A DNA stretch of 63,263 nucleotides, filler included, from Octopus bimaculoides (taxonomy: Eukaryota): NCBI RefSeq assembly GCF_001194135.2. It is 5 parts of 5 records of this genome, joined end to end, with 100 filler letters (N's around TTAATTAATTAA, not from the genome) between each part and the next. Parts side by side here need not be neighbours in the genome. Positions count along the whole stretch, not along the records: positions 26,750 to 49,006 come from NC_068990.1; 4 more parts are not named here. The stretch is one strand, 5' to 3'. The notes below the pieces were generated by a model. It was not told the origin of the DNA. It saw only the letters and a program-made list of their open reading frames with translations, and did no database searches. Below are positions 36,201-48,947 of this stretch, in pieces (position 1 is the stretch's first letter; each line of letters starts with the position of its first letter). Both the position numbers and the translations under genes were made by a program.

Positions 36201-36920
36201 ATATTGATCTTAGTGGGATTCTGAATTCGGAATGTAAAGAGCTGCAACAAACACACCAAGAGTTATATATATATATGTGTGTATGTATGTATGTATGTAT
36301 GTTATCAATCAGTTTCATTTCTGTATTTCTTGTCCATAGAGAAAGAGCCGGACTCTAACATAGATTCAAGGCTCCTTCATTGGAACTTTTATCAACATCA
36401 TCTAGGTATTTGTGCATATGTGTGTGTGTGCAGTATTTGGTGTTAGTGTATGCGCAGATTTGTATGTTTGTTTTATGGATGCGTTTTTATGTCTAGATGC
36501 ATGCATATGTATTCATGTGCTAAATTTTTGGAAAGTTTTACATATCTTTACAGTTCCATGTATGTATGTATGTATGTATATAGTCAAATAGGAAAGTGAA
36601 AAATTTTTGGGTGTTATATATTCATATATTCTCCATTACATGTTTCATTTGCTGATAGAAATTACAAAGATTTACATGATAGATAACGGAGAATAAATAA
36701 TACCAAAAAATGTTCCACTTTTCTGGTTTGTTATACAATAACTCTCCAAATAATATTTCCATAATTCTTAAATTCAATATGTATTTTGACAAATATACAG
36801 CAGCAAATGTGGTCACATATTAGATTGTAATAGCAGAATAAGCATTTATGCTTCAGGAGGAAACAGGTGGGTTTTTACCCTAACTACCTATATAATATAT
36901 ATATATATCTAGGTAATAAT

Positions 36921-37197
36921 CATAAATATACAAGGATTAGCTTGAGTTGCTTCTCCAACATACTGAAAATTTAGAAATAGCAGTCAAAGAACTTCTGATT
37001 CCAAACTACAATTTTTTTTTCTAAACGGATGGCGATGGAATCAGTAGTTCTTTGACTGCTATTTCTAAATTTTCAGTATGTTGGAGAAGCAACTCAAGCT
37101 ANNNNNNNNNNTGGAATCAGTAGTTCTTTGACTGCTATTTCTAAATTTTCAGTATGTTGGAGAAGCAACTCAAGCTAATCCCTGTATATTTATGATG
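36921..37197. repeat. Inverted repeat, ~80-bp arms (right arm duplicated across a 10-N gap)
   Basis: ttagcttgagttgcttctccaacatactgaaaatttagaaatagcagtcaaagaacttctgattcc versus its reverse complement at 37037 and 37113. Confidence 0.75.
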
Positions 37198-37665
37198 ATA
37201 AATGGTTTTACCGATAAAGGTTTTTTCATACTGAACTACATGGCAAAATTGTTAATTATTAATTCTATTACTAATTGACGATTCACTGCCCTTATTCCTG
37301 TATATATATCTAGGTAGATAAATGGATATATGGGAAGGGTCATTCTGCCAGTGAAGGCTCACACAAAACCGTTTTGAACATTTTGCCCAATGCTCTAACA
37401 ATTTTGATAATGTTCAGAGGTTTTTGGGAATTATGCTCTTCACTACAAGATTTAATGTCAAGTCTTTTAGATGAATGTTGACGCATAATATATTATTTCC
37501 TGTATGTGACCACCAGAATAGTAAGGCATAAAAAAAAAAAAAAAAAATTGTGTAACAAAATTATCAGGTTGTTCCTTCTTTATTGATTTATGTTAGTATT
37601 TTTATTGTAGCCAGAATTTATCTTATAGCCCAAATACAGGTTAGTGAAGAAAGAAGGAAACAATA

Positions 37666-37698
<33 letters not shown>

Positions 37699-37786
37699 GT
37701 GTTTGTGTGTATGTATTATTTATCAATTTGTCTGTCTGTCATTCTACACGCATACACAGATGCACACATACATACATGCATACATA

Positions 37787-37840
<54 letters not shown>

Positions 37841-38731
37841 TATACGCACACATATGTAGATAGATAGATAGGAAGTGTCATTCTGCCAAAAGAGATACAC
37901 ATACAAATAAAAATATGTATGTGTATATAAATGTATGTATACATATACATATGCATATATATATATGTGTATAAATAGACATATATATATATACACACAC
38001 ACTCATATATATTGATATACATATATATACACATATAAATATACACATGCTGTATGGCATTTTTTGAGATATATCTTCATTTATTTATTTATTTATTTTA
38101 ACGTACCTTTCACTTTTGAGTATTTCTCTTCATGGAAAGACATTAATGGTAACTAAACAAGAGGAATCGACACCAAGAAGTGTTGATTCAGGAGATTTAC
38201 ACACCTTTATATTATTGTTTTTAGATGGCTTCAGCGACATGACGAATGTTAGCAAAAATTATAACGTTGATACGTTAATAAAGAAAATAAAAAAATAGTA
38301 AAATGAAAGAAAAGAAAGAATAAAAGAACGTCTCAATGAAAGAATTACAGAATGAAATACGTGAAAGAAGAAACAAATTGATGCCAAGAAGCATCATTTG
38401 CCAAGCATAAATTTTGTTTCCTTTCCTTGATTTTTGTGGATTAGCCCCTTATTTACTACCAGTTTTTTCAGGGGACTAAAATTACATCCCATATCAATGT
38501 TTCTTTTTTTTATTTTTAGGCTAAAATTTCTCTTAGTTTGTTATTGTTTATATTTTTGTTAGAGTATTCTTGGAACTATTTGTGCCCTGTTTTATTATGC
38601 TGCCTTTCATGAGAAAATTTACACAATAAATTATCTGATGTCTTCATTGCAGTCAGCGTTCTTGGAACAAAATTTCTTGCACTAATAGTATAACATCTAA
38701 ATATACCTACATACCTACATACATACATACA

Positions 38732-38767
<36 letters not shown>

Positions 38768-39017
38768 TATATATNNNNNNNNNNNNNNNNNNNNNNNNNN
38801 NNNNNNNNNNNNNNNNNNNNNNNNNNNNNNNNNNNNNNNNNNNNNNNNNNNNNNNNNNNNNNNNNNNNNNNNNNNNNNNNNNNNNNNNNNNNNNNNNNNN
38901 NNNTATATATTATAGATAGAAATGGCAAGACAACCAAAGAATGAAAGAGAGCTCGATATTATGTAGATAGAGGAATTTATCTGTAAATATAATATGTGGC
39001 AATTATTTGGTAGCCAC

Positions 39018-39078
39018 GATAAAACTCTGAGTTTTGGATGTCGGGGTGGAAACCCATGCCGGCATCTCTTCAGTTATC
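39018..39078 (-). ncRNA. Decayed hammerhead ribozyme motif
   Basis: gataa CTGAAGA gatg...catc CAAAAC tcaga GTT ttatc: perfect stem I, but GAAA appears altered to AAAA. Confidence 0.45.
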
Positions 39079-39398
39079 AGGCCATTAAAAAAAATGCTAT
39101 GAAAATGACTGTTATATATATATATATGTATATACACCACTCTATTTTGATGTACTGAGTTAAGTAACATGGCCAAGGGTACAATGCAACACTTGCAACA
39201 AGATTCAATACAAAACTATCCCACTTTAAGTTAGTCACTTGCTTGTCCCATTAACTTGACCATTTCATATTAGACACTCTAGTTAAAACATTTAAACATG
39301 TATTCCATACCTAGACCAACTAATAAATTACTAACACAAGATAATTGACAACAATGCCTTCACTTTACAATAGCTTCTTATTTTTTTTTTTTTTGTAG

Positions 39399-39512
39399 AT
39401 GGAGGTGGGAGGTCTTTCTAGATTGTTCTCCATAATATCTCTAAATGACGTTAATGATGTAAAATCATCAAGCTTTCTTCTTCGATTACTTAATAGTAAT
39501 CTAGCTCAATGA
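39399..39512 (+). CDS. Candidate terminal coding exon (MEVGGLSRLFSIISLNDVNDVKSSSFLLRLLNSNLAQ*)
   Basis: Long poly-T tract plus GTAG acceptor immediately before a 37-codon non-repetitive frame; no homology recognised. Confidence 0.25.
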   Translation: MEVGGLSRLFSIISLNDVNDVKSSSFLLRLLNSNLAQ

Positions 39513-39877
39513 AAACTGACAGATAGTGTCAAGAGTGTGTAGCCATTAGTCTTTAATAGGTTAACAGAAACCATAGGAGAATTTCATATTTCTTCACTTC
39601 AGCAAAAGTGAAGATGACCCAGACTTAAGAATGTTACACTAAAATGTATTACAAGTATTTGGCTTCAATCTTCTTCAGATCTGTCTGTAATTTTATCTGG
39701 TAGGGAGGGTGTGGGTGTGGGTGATCAGCTTTGTTTCCATCGCCGTCGTCGTCGTCGTTGTGATCATCATCATCATCATCATTATCATTATAATAATAGT
39801 GATAATAATCACCATCATCACCATCAATGTTGTTTTTATTTCCAGAGGCATTCTTTCCATTGTTGCTTTAATCAGTG

Positions 39878-39908
<31 letters not shown>

Positions 39909-40412
39909 GATTGTCATTGTTTTTGTTGTCATCACCGTTGTTGTTGTTCCTCATCGTCATCATCATCATTATTGTTTCGTTTGCTTTTCCTGCTGGTGTG
40001 ATTCTGATAGATCGTCCTAATCTGGATTGTTTCTTATTCAGACTTACCTGCTAGGGGACCAGTTTCACTTATGCATTCTATTTTTGGTATGGTTTCTACA
40101 ACTGGATATCTTCTTTAACACCTACCACTTTACAGAATGTACTAAATGCATTTTGCCATAACACCTGCACAACAAATATTACCTTGTTACCTGCAATGCA
40201 CAAGAGCCTGCTCCTGTACTGTCTTAAAGACAATTAACCTGACTGTAGCCCATCATTCAATGAGCTCAGTTTCCTTTCAAGATAAAATATCAAGAGTCTT
40301 CATAAATGAGAGCAGAACAAATTTGAAAGAGTATAACATGAATTATTATTAGGAGTAACACACCACTGAGGTCTACAATACAGCATTTGCCTGTGCTACA
40401 AATGTGCTTATA

Positions 40413-40660
40413 GCATATATGGCATAGTGGTTAAGAGTGCGGGCTACTAACCCCAAGTTTCCGAGTTCGATTCCAGGCAGTGACCTGAATAATAATAATA
40501 ACATCGAAAAATACCTTAGGGATGAGAACCCAGGTTCAAAATTTCCCCAAGACACCTGATGAAGACTGGAGGGTATATCAACCAAACGTTGTGTTAACAA
40601 CAAACAAGATGAGAACAAATATCCGTAAAATGTAAATAATGTAAATAATGTATATATGAA
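40413..40660 (+). mobile_element. Solo PLE-tRNA-HHR module starting at the tRNA-like head
   Basis: ggcatagtggttaag (A box), gagttcgattcc (B box), (AAT)n, gacacCTGATGA (40556) with GAAAC altered to CAAAC, (AAATAATGT)n tail. Confidence 0.8.
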
Positions 40661-40859
40661 TTCCTCTCTAAAACTTTTTTCAAATGAAGTTAAACTGTCT
40701 TGGTGCAAAACATAATATTTTTCTTTTTAATATGGAAACACACCTTGCAACAGAAGGTACCAACTTAGCCAATTAAAGACAGTAAACAAAATATTTTAGA
40801 GTACTTAGAATTCAAACCATCCACTTCTTAGAGCAGATATGTAACTGAGTAGTGATTTC

Positions 40860-41180
40860 AAACAGAATTTCAGTTGAACAGATCGATCTCAACATTCGTT
40901 ATCTTTTTGTAAAGCTTGGTACTTATTCTATTGATCTCTTCTGTCAAACTGTTAAGTTATAGGGATGTAAGCTTACCAAACCTGTTGTCAAGCAGTTGTG
41001 GGGGACAAATACAGACACAAAGACACACACACTCATGGATATATATAAATAACAGGCTTCTTTCAGTTTCTGTCTACCAAATCCACTCACAAGGTTTAGG
41101 TTGGTGCTAGGTGACGCTTGTCCAAGGTGCCATGCAGTGGCACTGAACCTGGATCCATGTGATTGGGAAGCAATATGTAT
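40860..41180 (-). mobile_element. SINE family A
   Basis: ggcttctttcagtttctgtctaccaaatccactcacaagg...ccaaggtgccatgcagtggcactgaacc. Confidence 0.7.
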
Positions 41181-41734
41181 ATTTTGACTATTAGTTTCAT
41201 GTTTTAGCAATTTTCAGGCAATTGTTTATACATGTGTGTGTGTGTGTGGTGTGCACAAATAGCAGGACACCTGGCATTGGAAAATTCTTAAATGAAAAAT
41301 TCTTCTTGGAGGCATATATGAATTTCTCTTGAAAATCTATCTTCCATGTAAAAAAAAAAAAAAAAAAAATTTGCTATCCAATGTCTATAGTAGCCCAATG
41401 TCTAATGCTCTATGCTACAGATATGCCCTCAGTATTAATAATATATATTGTAATTTAACTGATAAATGACATATACTGAATTGAAACATAATAAATGTGA
41501 AAACACTCTTATTTAATTTGCAGCTATTATTGAGTATAGGATATTGTCTTGCATTCTGGATATTCGTTATTTCTTAAAATGGTTTGAAAAATGAGTGGAA
41601 ACTAGAGTGCTTGGAAATAAAATCATTCTTATAACATGCAGAAACTGGAGTTCCCAGATCAAAGCCACATATTGGTACTGTAATAAATGGAATGATAAAG
41701 AAATTATATTAAGATTTGTGATAAGCCTTAATAT

Positions 41735-42190
41735 GGCTATATGGTAAGAAGTTTGCTTCTCATCAACATGGTTTTGGGTTTAGTTCTGCTGTGTGACACC
41801 TTGGACAAGTGTTTTCTACTATAGCTGCAGACCTACCAAAGCCTTGTGAGTGGATTTGGTTGAGAGAAACTGAAAGAATCCTGCCATGGGTGTGTGTGTG
41901 TGTGTGTGTGTGCATTACTGTCTCATTGCTTTGAGATCATGTGATAGTTGTAATTGAGAGTCACCATCATATAAGTGGTGTCCTTCATTTCCTATCTTCT
42001 GAGACATGTATAGTGATGGGGAAATATTACTGTACCTGGAAACAGGTGAGGATTGGTGACGGCTGTAAAAAAGCCTGCTTCAACAAATTCTGTGCAACTC
42101 ATGTGAGTATGGAAAAGTGGACATTAAAACAATGATGATGACGACAACGATGATGACAACGACAGTGATGATGATGATGATGATGATGAT
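41735..42190 (+). mobile_element. SINE family A head with an alternative 3' domain ending in an RTE-type (GAT)n tail
   Basis: Family A core, then a different 3' part ending catgtgagtatggaaaagtggacattaaaacaatgatgatg. Confidence 0.6.
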
Positions 42191-42719
42191 ACAGGATAAC
42201 CCTGGTAATTTAGAACATTGTCTTGTAAGTCCCTGAGGTGATTCAATATTTTGGGGTTTTAGCAATAAGGACATAAATAAAGTGATATATTGAGACTTTC
42301 AACTTCAGGGTTTTCTCCATAAACTTAGCCATTCGTGAAGCAGTAATATTTGTCAAGATACCACCAAGCAGCTATTAATATTTGTTCTTAGATATTGTAG
42401 AAACTGAAGTGTTCCAAATCAAAAAGTCATATCTGTTAGACTGTGTGAAATTTTGGGTATAACTGTTTCTGCTCTTTTGGTGCAGCCAGTGATATTACCT
42501 AGTCTTGATTTAAGATTCTTTTTTGAGCCATTGCATAATAACCATGCAATGGTTATTATGATATAAATAATGATATAAATAATACAGCTGCATTATTGAA
42601 GATAATTTTTTTTTCTTGGCTGAAAGCTATGTAGTGACAATCCTGAAGATTCCAGTGAATTTCAAATTCTTCACAACTATTTCTTACTAATCCACAGCAA
42701 TGTCTATTTGATTTATAAG

Positions 42720-43012
42720 TATAAGCCTTGTGACTGGATTTGGTTGATCGAAACTGAAAGAAACCTGTCATATATGTGTATGTGTGTGTGTGTCTTTGTT
42801 TCTGTGTTTGTCCCTCCGCCAAAACTGGGCAACTCGTGTTGGTGTGTTGGCATCCCCATAACTTAGCAATTCAGCCAGAGAGACTAATAGAATAAGTACC
42901 AAGCTTAACAAATAAATTCTATGGCTGATTCTTTCGACTAAAAATTCGTCAAGGCAGTGCCCCAGAATGGCCACGGTCTAATAACTGAAACAAGGAAAAG
43001 ATAAAAGATAAA
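42720..43012 (+). mobile_element. SINE family A, 5'-truncated
   Basis: agccttgtgactggatttgg...cttagcaattcagcc...gaataagtacc...ctgaaacaaggaaaagataaaaga. Confidence 0.75.
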
Positions 43013-43176
43013 GACTGAAAGGCACCTATATGAATTTGTTCTACGACTCTAGTAAAAATTATTCACATTTGCAAGACTACTTCTATGCATATGTATAAAT
43101 ACATAGTTATAAAAGTACATGCATATGTATATATTGCATATGTGTGTGTGGGTATGCATGTATTTACATATGCATG

Positions 43177-43217
<41 letters not shown>

Positions 43218-43711
43218 NNNNNNNNNNNNNNNNNNNNNNNNNNNNNNNNNNNNNNNNNNNNNNNNNNNNNNNNNNNNNNNNNNNNNNNNNNNNNNNNNNN
43301 NNNNNNNNNNNNNNNNNNNNNNNNNNNNNNNNNNNNNNNNNNNNNNNNNNNNNNNNNNNNNNNNNNNNNNNNNNNNNNNNNNNNNNNNNNNNNNNNNNNN
43401 NNNNNNNNNNNNNNNNNNNNNNNNNNNNNNNNNNNNNNNNNNNNNNNNNNNNNNNNNNNNNNNNNNNNNNNNNNNNNNNNNNNNNNNNNNNNNNNNNNNN
43501 NNNNNNNNNNNNNNNNNNNNNNNNNNNNNNNNNNNNNNNNNNNNNNNNNNNNNNNNNNNNNNNNNNNNNNNNNNNNNNNNNNNNNNNNNNNNNNNNNNNN
43601 NNNNNNNNNNNNNNNNNNNNNNNNNNNNNNNNNNNNNNNNNNNNNNNNNNNNNNNNNNNNNNNNNNNNNNNNNNNNNNNNNNNNNNNNNNNNNNNNNNNN
43701 NNNNNNNNNNN

Positions 43712-43757
<46 letters not shown>

Positions 43758-43857
43758 GCATATGTAATCATGTACATATATATATGTATGTATGCATATA
43801 TATCATATAAAAATATATACATGTATATATATGTGTGTGTGTATGAGTGTGTACATA

Positions 43858-43888
<31 letters not shown>

Positions 43889-44014
43889 GCCTTTGTATTT
43901 ATATATAATTATACATATGCATATTGCTAAATAATGATAATGTATATGCTTATAAGTATATGTGTGTATATACATATATATATATATATATATAAATATA
44001 CACATGAATGTATC

Positions 44015-44070
<56 letters not shown>

Positions 44071-44457
44071 TACATATAAGTATATGTGCATATATATATA
44101 TATATGAATATTTATAAGTGTACGTGTGTATATATGCATGTGTGAGTGTGTGTGTGTGATTATTTGAGTGGTGCATATTTGTAAAAGCTGCTCCTATGGG
44201 GAGTAAACACAATGAACCCTTCAGCAATTTGGCCACAGCAGGGAATGGAGGTCATTTTGCCTTTCCGAGACATTATTGCCGAGCTTAACATCTCATTAAT
44301 GGCTAAATAAACTTTTCAAACAAGAGAGCCTGAAGGGTTTTTACTAAATTTGACTTTACAAGTAATGTGTAAAGTCACATATGTGCATATATGTAAATAC
44401 ATGCATCCATCTATTGATCTCTATATGTGTGTGTTTGTGTGTATATATGTGTGTGTA

Positions 44458-44511
<54 letters not shown>

Positions 44512-45509
44512 GCTAATCTCTGTTTTGAGTTGCTGAAGCAGACAGGAAGGGTGCTGGGGATTATAAGTATTATGTTGGGGTTGGTGTTGTTATTCTTCTT
44601 TAGCTCCAGGTCACCTTTGATTGAGCAGACCTGTGATAAAAAGCATTCCAGCTGTGACCATCCCATTTTATTTTCAGGCATCGTGTATTTAAGACTACAT
44701 AATCAAATATATGATTTTGTTTTGCTTATTTCTTGGTAATGTAGTGTTATTTGAGGCAGATTTGGCTACTGTTTCTGGTACATTGAACAACTGTCCTGAG
44801 GTTCCCTTGTTTATGTTTTTGATGCAAGTAAAAACTTGTGTGTATGTTAATTGGTGACATAGTAAGCAGATTTCAGAGTTAACCATCTGAAAACCAATGG
44901 ATTTTTATAATTTAATTTAATACAAAAAAAGACCATTTTTTATCCATATTCTTTTGCTGCTCTTATGGATTCCAATGACACTCTGGCATCATCCGTTTCT
45001 AATTATTATGAATTTGAATTGGTAGTTTGAGATGTGATGAACCTTTCATTGGTTGATTACACAACCATGGATGCCAACCCTATGGATACGTTGCAGTTAC
45101 TCTCTTGATAGAATTTGGTGATCCTGACTGTTGATCTTCTAGAAATCCTCCATTCAGCATTAATAGTAAGAAGCACCGTTGACTCAGTTGAGCTCTTCTG
45201 CTACCTTTTCACAATCTGCCATATTGCAGTTCCAGGACTTTGCCATATACCTGAATGGGTACTATAACTTTCCAAAGAGCAGCCTGTAATTATGCAGGGC
45301 ATGGTAATCAAAATAACTTGCATACCCATATATACATACATATGCAAATATATGCATACATGATGATTGCCTCATCTTGTCAGATGATATCTCATTCAGT
45401 CTGATTGTTCTAATTTACTTTCAACCTTGCATGTATGCAGATACGACTTTTTGCTATGCGTCCATCACTATTTAAAAAATGTTCTTTATTTTTATATACT
45501 CAGGCTTAT

Positions 45510-45930
45510 TCCCCATGTTTTAGGAGTGGTTAACCACAACAAGACACAGCAGGCATTCCATTCATTTCCCAGTTGAAAGAGGTGAGCCCTGTTCTCAGGT
45601 TAAAGCATAGAACACAACCCCCAATATCAGCAGCAGGGCCAAACAGCATATGCTGGTTTACTCCTGCCACCCCATGCTGGTTCTGTACCCCTTTGAGCAA
45701 CATCAAATTCACTCATCTATCCAAAAACATCCTCCAAGCTTTCCTATCATTGATAAACTCTCTTGCATCTCTCACTTCAACACCTCTAACCACCAAAGCT
45801 TCCCTCACTCGATCCATCCACACAAACTGAGGACTGCCTCTGGTTCTGCTACCTACCACTTCTGCCTTCATCACCCTCCTTACCATCCACTCCTCATCCA
45901 TCTTCTTCATGTGGCCAAACCACAGGGCTT
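45510..45930 (-). mobile_element. RTE-clade LINE 3' end of a different family
   Basis: LWFGHMKKMDEEWMVRRVMKAEVVGSRTRGSPQFVWMDRVREAL...DRKAWR. Confidence 0.75.
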
Positions 45931-45954
45931 TATAAAATACAAAATGGATAAACT

Positions 45955-46095
45955 TACATTATTTAAATTTGACGGATATTTGTCATCATCTTGTTTGTTG
46001 TTAACACACCGTTTCGGCTGATATACCCTCCAGCCTTTATCAGGTGTCTTGGCGAAATTTCGAAACTAGGATCTCATTCCTAAGGTATTTTTCGA

Positions 46096-46141
<46 letters not shown>

Positions 46142-46505
46142 ATCACTGCCTGGAATCGAACTTGGAATCTTGGGGTTAGTAACCCGTGCTGTTAACCACT
46201 ATGACATATGCCCGTGGGCAATTATGGAGTGAATTTTAGGACTTTTACGTCTAATATTTTCCTATCCTTCCTTAATACAGGTTCCCATATGCTACTCATA
46301 TCTGCACTCGGTCTGCTTGGGAGGTTATTGTGTCATAACATATGTGCTGCTTCTTTTAGTTTTTGTATTTTCCAGTGGAGTTCTCTATCTATTATTTATG
46401 ATGAAGGCTGGACGGTATATCAGCCGAAACGTTGGGTTAATAACAAACAAGATGAGGACAAATATCCATCAAATGTACATAATTCTTCATCTCTTAAAAA
46501 TATAG
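45955..46505 (-). mobile_element. Second Penelope-like 3' end with an inverted terminal piece
   Basis: Same organisation as 28285-28778; GIY-YIG C-terminal remnant at about 46240-46390; plus-strand inverted piece from 46399 carries TGATGAaggctg...cagccGAAACGTT. Confidence 0.8.
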
Positions 46506-47202
46506 AACTGCAAAATGGATCAAGAAATGAAATGATAATGTGACATTTGTATGTCACTGGTTTTAAGTGACAAAAAGCTTCTACAATGCTTCTTCCATTC
46601 TCTCGGTCACCATATATGCTTTCATGGAAGATTGCAGACAAATGAGCTACCTTCACCATGACTTTGTCAAATATAATGAGAGCCTTTTCTATCCGCGTGA
46701 AGCCTATTTAACCCATAGACGGGGTTGTTCTGGGTCAGAATGGACCTGTAAGGGATGGTATTTAAAGGATGATTCCACCCCCATCCCCACCCCCACAACT
46801 CTAGAATTCTTAAACTGGAGCCTCACCACTAGATGCAGTTTAGAGTCATACCCAGGACAATTCACATACATATATGCATACACACACACATATATATATA
46901 CATACATAACATACATGCATACATACATACATGCATATGTACCTGTTGTTATAGGAGCAACAAATATACATCTATTCATCTGGAACAATGTATGGTTGAA
47001 CTTGGGATCTTAAGGAGAAAATGATCACAATATCAGGGACTATAAAAGTTTGCGAGACCTTTTCCAGATTTAAAGGATGATGGTTAAACTGAGATGCTTT
47101 CCATCTCAACCTTGTTCCCAAGTAGGTGGCAGGTCAAAATTTACTCTAAATTAAAAAGAGAAAGAGAGCACACATACATGCATACACTCCTCCTCCTCCT
47201 CC

Positions 47203-47720
47203 TTATCATCATCATCATCGTCATCGTCATCGTCATCATCATACTCTTCCTCCTCCTCTTCCCCCTCTGCTTCCTCCTCCTCTTCCCCCTCTTCTTCCTC
47301 CTCCTCTTCCCCCTCTTCTTCCTCCTCCTCTTCCCCCTCTTCTTCCTCCTCCTCTTCCCCCTCTTCTTCCTCCTCCTCTTCCCCCTCTTCTTCCTCCTCC
47401 TCTTNNNNNNNNNNNNNNNNNNNNNNNNNNNNNNNNNNNNNNNNNNNNNNNNNNNNNNNNNNNNNNNNNNNNNNNNNNNNNNNNNNNNNNNNNNNNNNNN
47501 NNNNNNNNNNNNNNNNNNNNNNNNNNNNNNNNNNNNNNNNNNNNNNNNNNNNNNNNNNNNNNNNNNNNNNNNNNNNNNNNNNNNNNNNNNNNNNNNNNNN
47601 NNNNNNNNNNNNNNNNNNNNNNNNNNNNNNNNNNNNNNNNCCCCCTCTTCTTCCTCCTCCTCTTCCTCCTCCCCTCATCCTCCTCTTCCTCCTCCCCTCA
47701 TCATACTCCCCCCTCCCCCT
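47203..47720. repeat. Polypyrimidine minisatellite, 24-bp unit cttcctcctcctcttccccctctt (gapped)
   Basis: Consecutive units visible from about 47250 to 47404 and again after the gap. Confidence 0.85.
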
Positions 47721-48784
47721 CCCCTTCCCACTCCTGGTCATCATCAGCTCAATGGCCAGATATGTTTCCATGGAAGATTGCAGACAAATGACACCATCTT
47801 TCAATGAATGAATGAATGAATGAATGGTAACTTTGTCCACAATTAAGGCAAGGCAATGCAAGTGCACAACCACTCCTATCAAGACAAGCTTCCTTTATTA
47901 GTAACTAACTGGTTTCTCATTGAAGATAAACTTCAGAAAAAAAGATTACCTGAATTTTCAGTTGTTAATTACAAAAACAAGATTACTTGTGATTTGTTAC
48001 TCAAACAGATATCAAAATCAATCAATCAATGCTAATAAGCAGATAATAAAATCTTCAAATAACATATTTTCCAGTCTGCTAAGCTTATGAACTAATAAAT
48101 CCTTTCTTAAAAGACTGATTCCAGGTGTCATTAATAGCACTTGATAAAAGCCTGCTATCTGACACAAAAGCTATACATGTCACACATATATCTATGTATA
48201 CATGGATACACATATGAATACAGACTTATACATGTGCATTTCTATCACGTACATATAAATGTATGTGAAAGATATATTACATTCATAAGTAGATGCACAT
48301 ACATAAATATACATATGAATGCAAACATCATCATATATCAGATTGTCATATACCTACACACATAGCTCAAGAGACATGCTAAACTCATTATTATTAAATA
48401 TACACACATAGATACACAATTCTGTCACTGAGTTTATGTTTACACCAGTTATAACAAGTGTTGTGCTTCTCATATGTCCTTTTTATGTTGCATAATGTAG
48501 CGGTTTGATAATTAGAGATTGCTGAAATAAATACCAGACAGGAATAAGTAGTGAAGCTAATATGACCGACTGAAATTCTTGATGGTGGTGCCCTAGCATA
48601 ATCATAGTTTGATGACTAAAACCAGTAGAAACAGAAAAAAAAAACCAAAAAAAAAAAACCCCAGAAAGAATTGACTCTGAATACTAACATGTCTGTATAT
48701 GTGTGTGTGTTTCTGTCATGTGCCTGCTCACATACACAAGTGTTCAAGCATAAATCATACATTCATTTGGCAAATGAACAATAA

Positions 48785-48856
<72 letters not shown>

Positions 48857-48885
48857 ACTATCTATCTATCTATCTATCTATCTAA

Positions 48886-48947
<62 letters not shown>

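Noticed and set aside
37037-37197. Direct duplication of ~65 bp across a 10-N gap
   Set aside because: Most likely an uncollapsed contig overlap rather than a real tandem repeat.
38108-38153. 46-nt minus-strand candidate exon (LPLMSFHEEKYSKVK)
   Set aside because: Splice signals are plausible, but it is too short, has no recognisable homology and has no partner exons.
40413-40487. tRNA gene calls for A/B-box segments here and in the SINE heads
   Set aside because: No complete cloverleaf or acceptor stem, and they are embedded in dispersed repeats, so they are treated as tRNA-derived.
47151-47882. Acidic EEEEEEEG-repeat ORF resembling a nucleolin or prothymosin-like protein
   Set aside because: It is the translation of the 24-bp minisatellite and (GAT)n, with no unique coding flanks.
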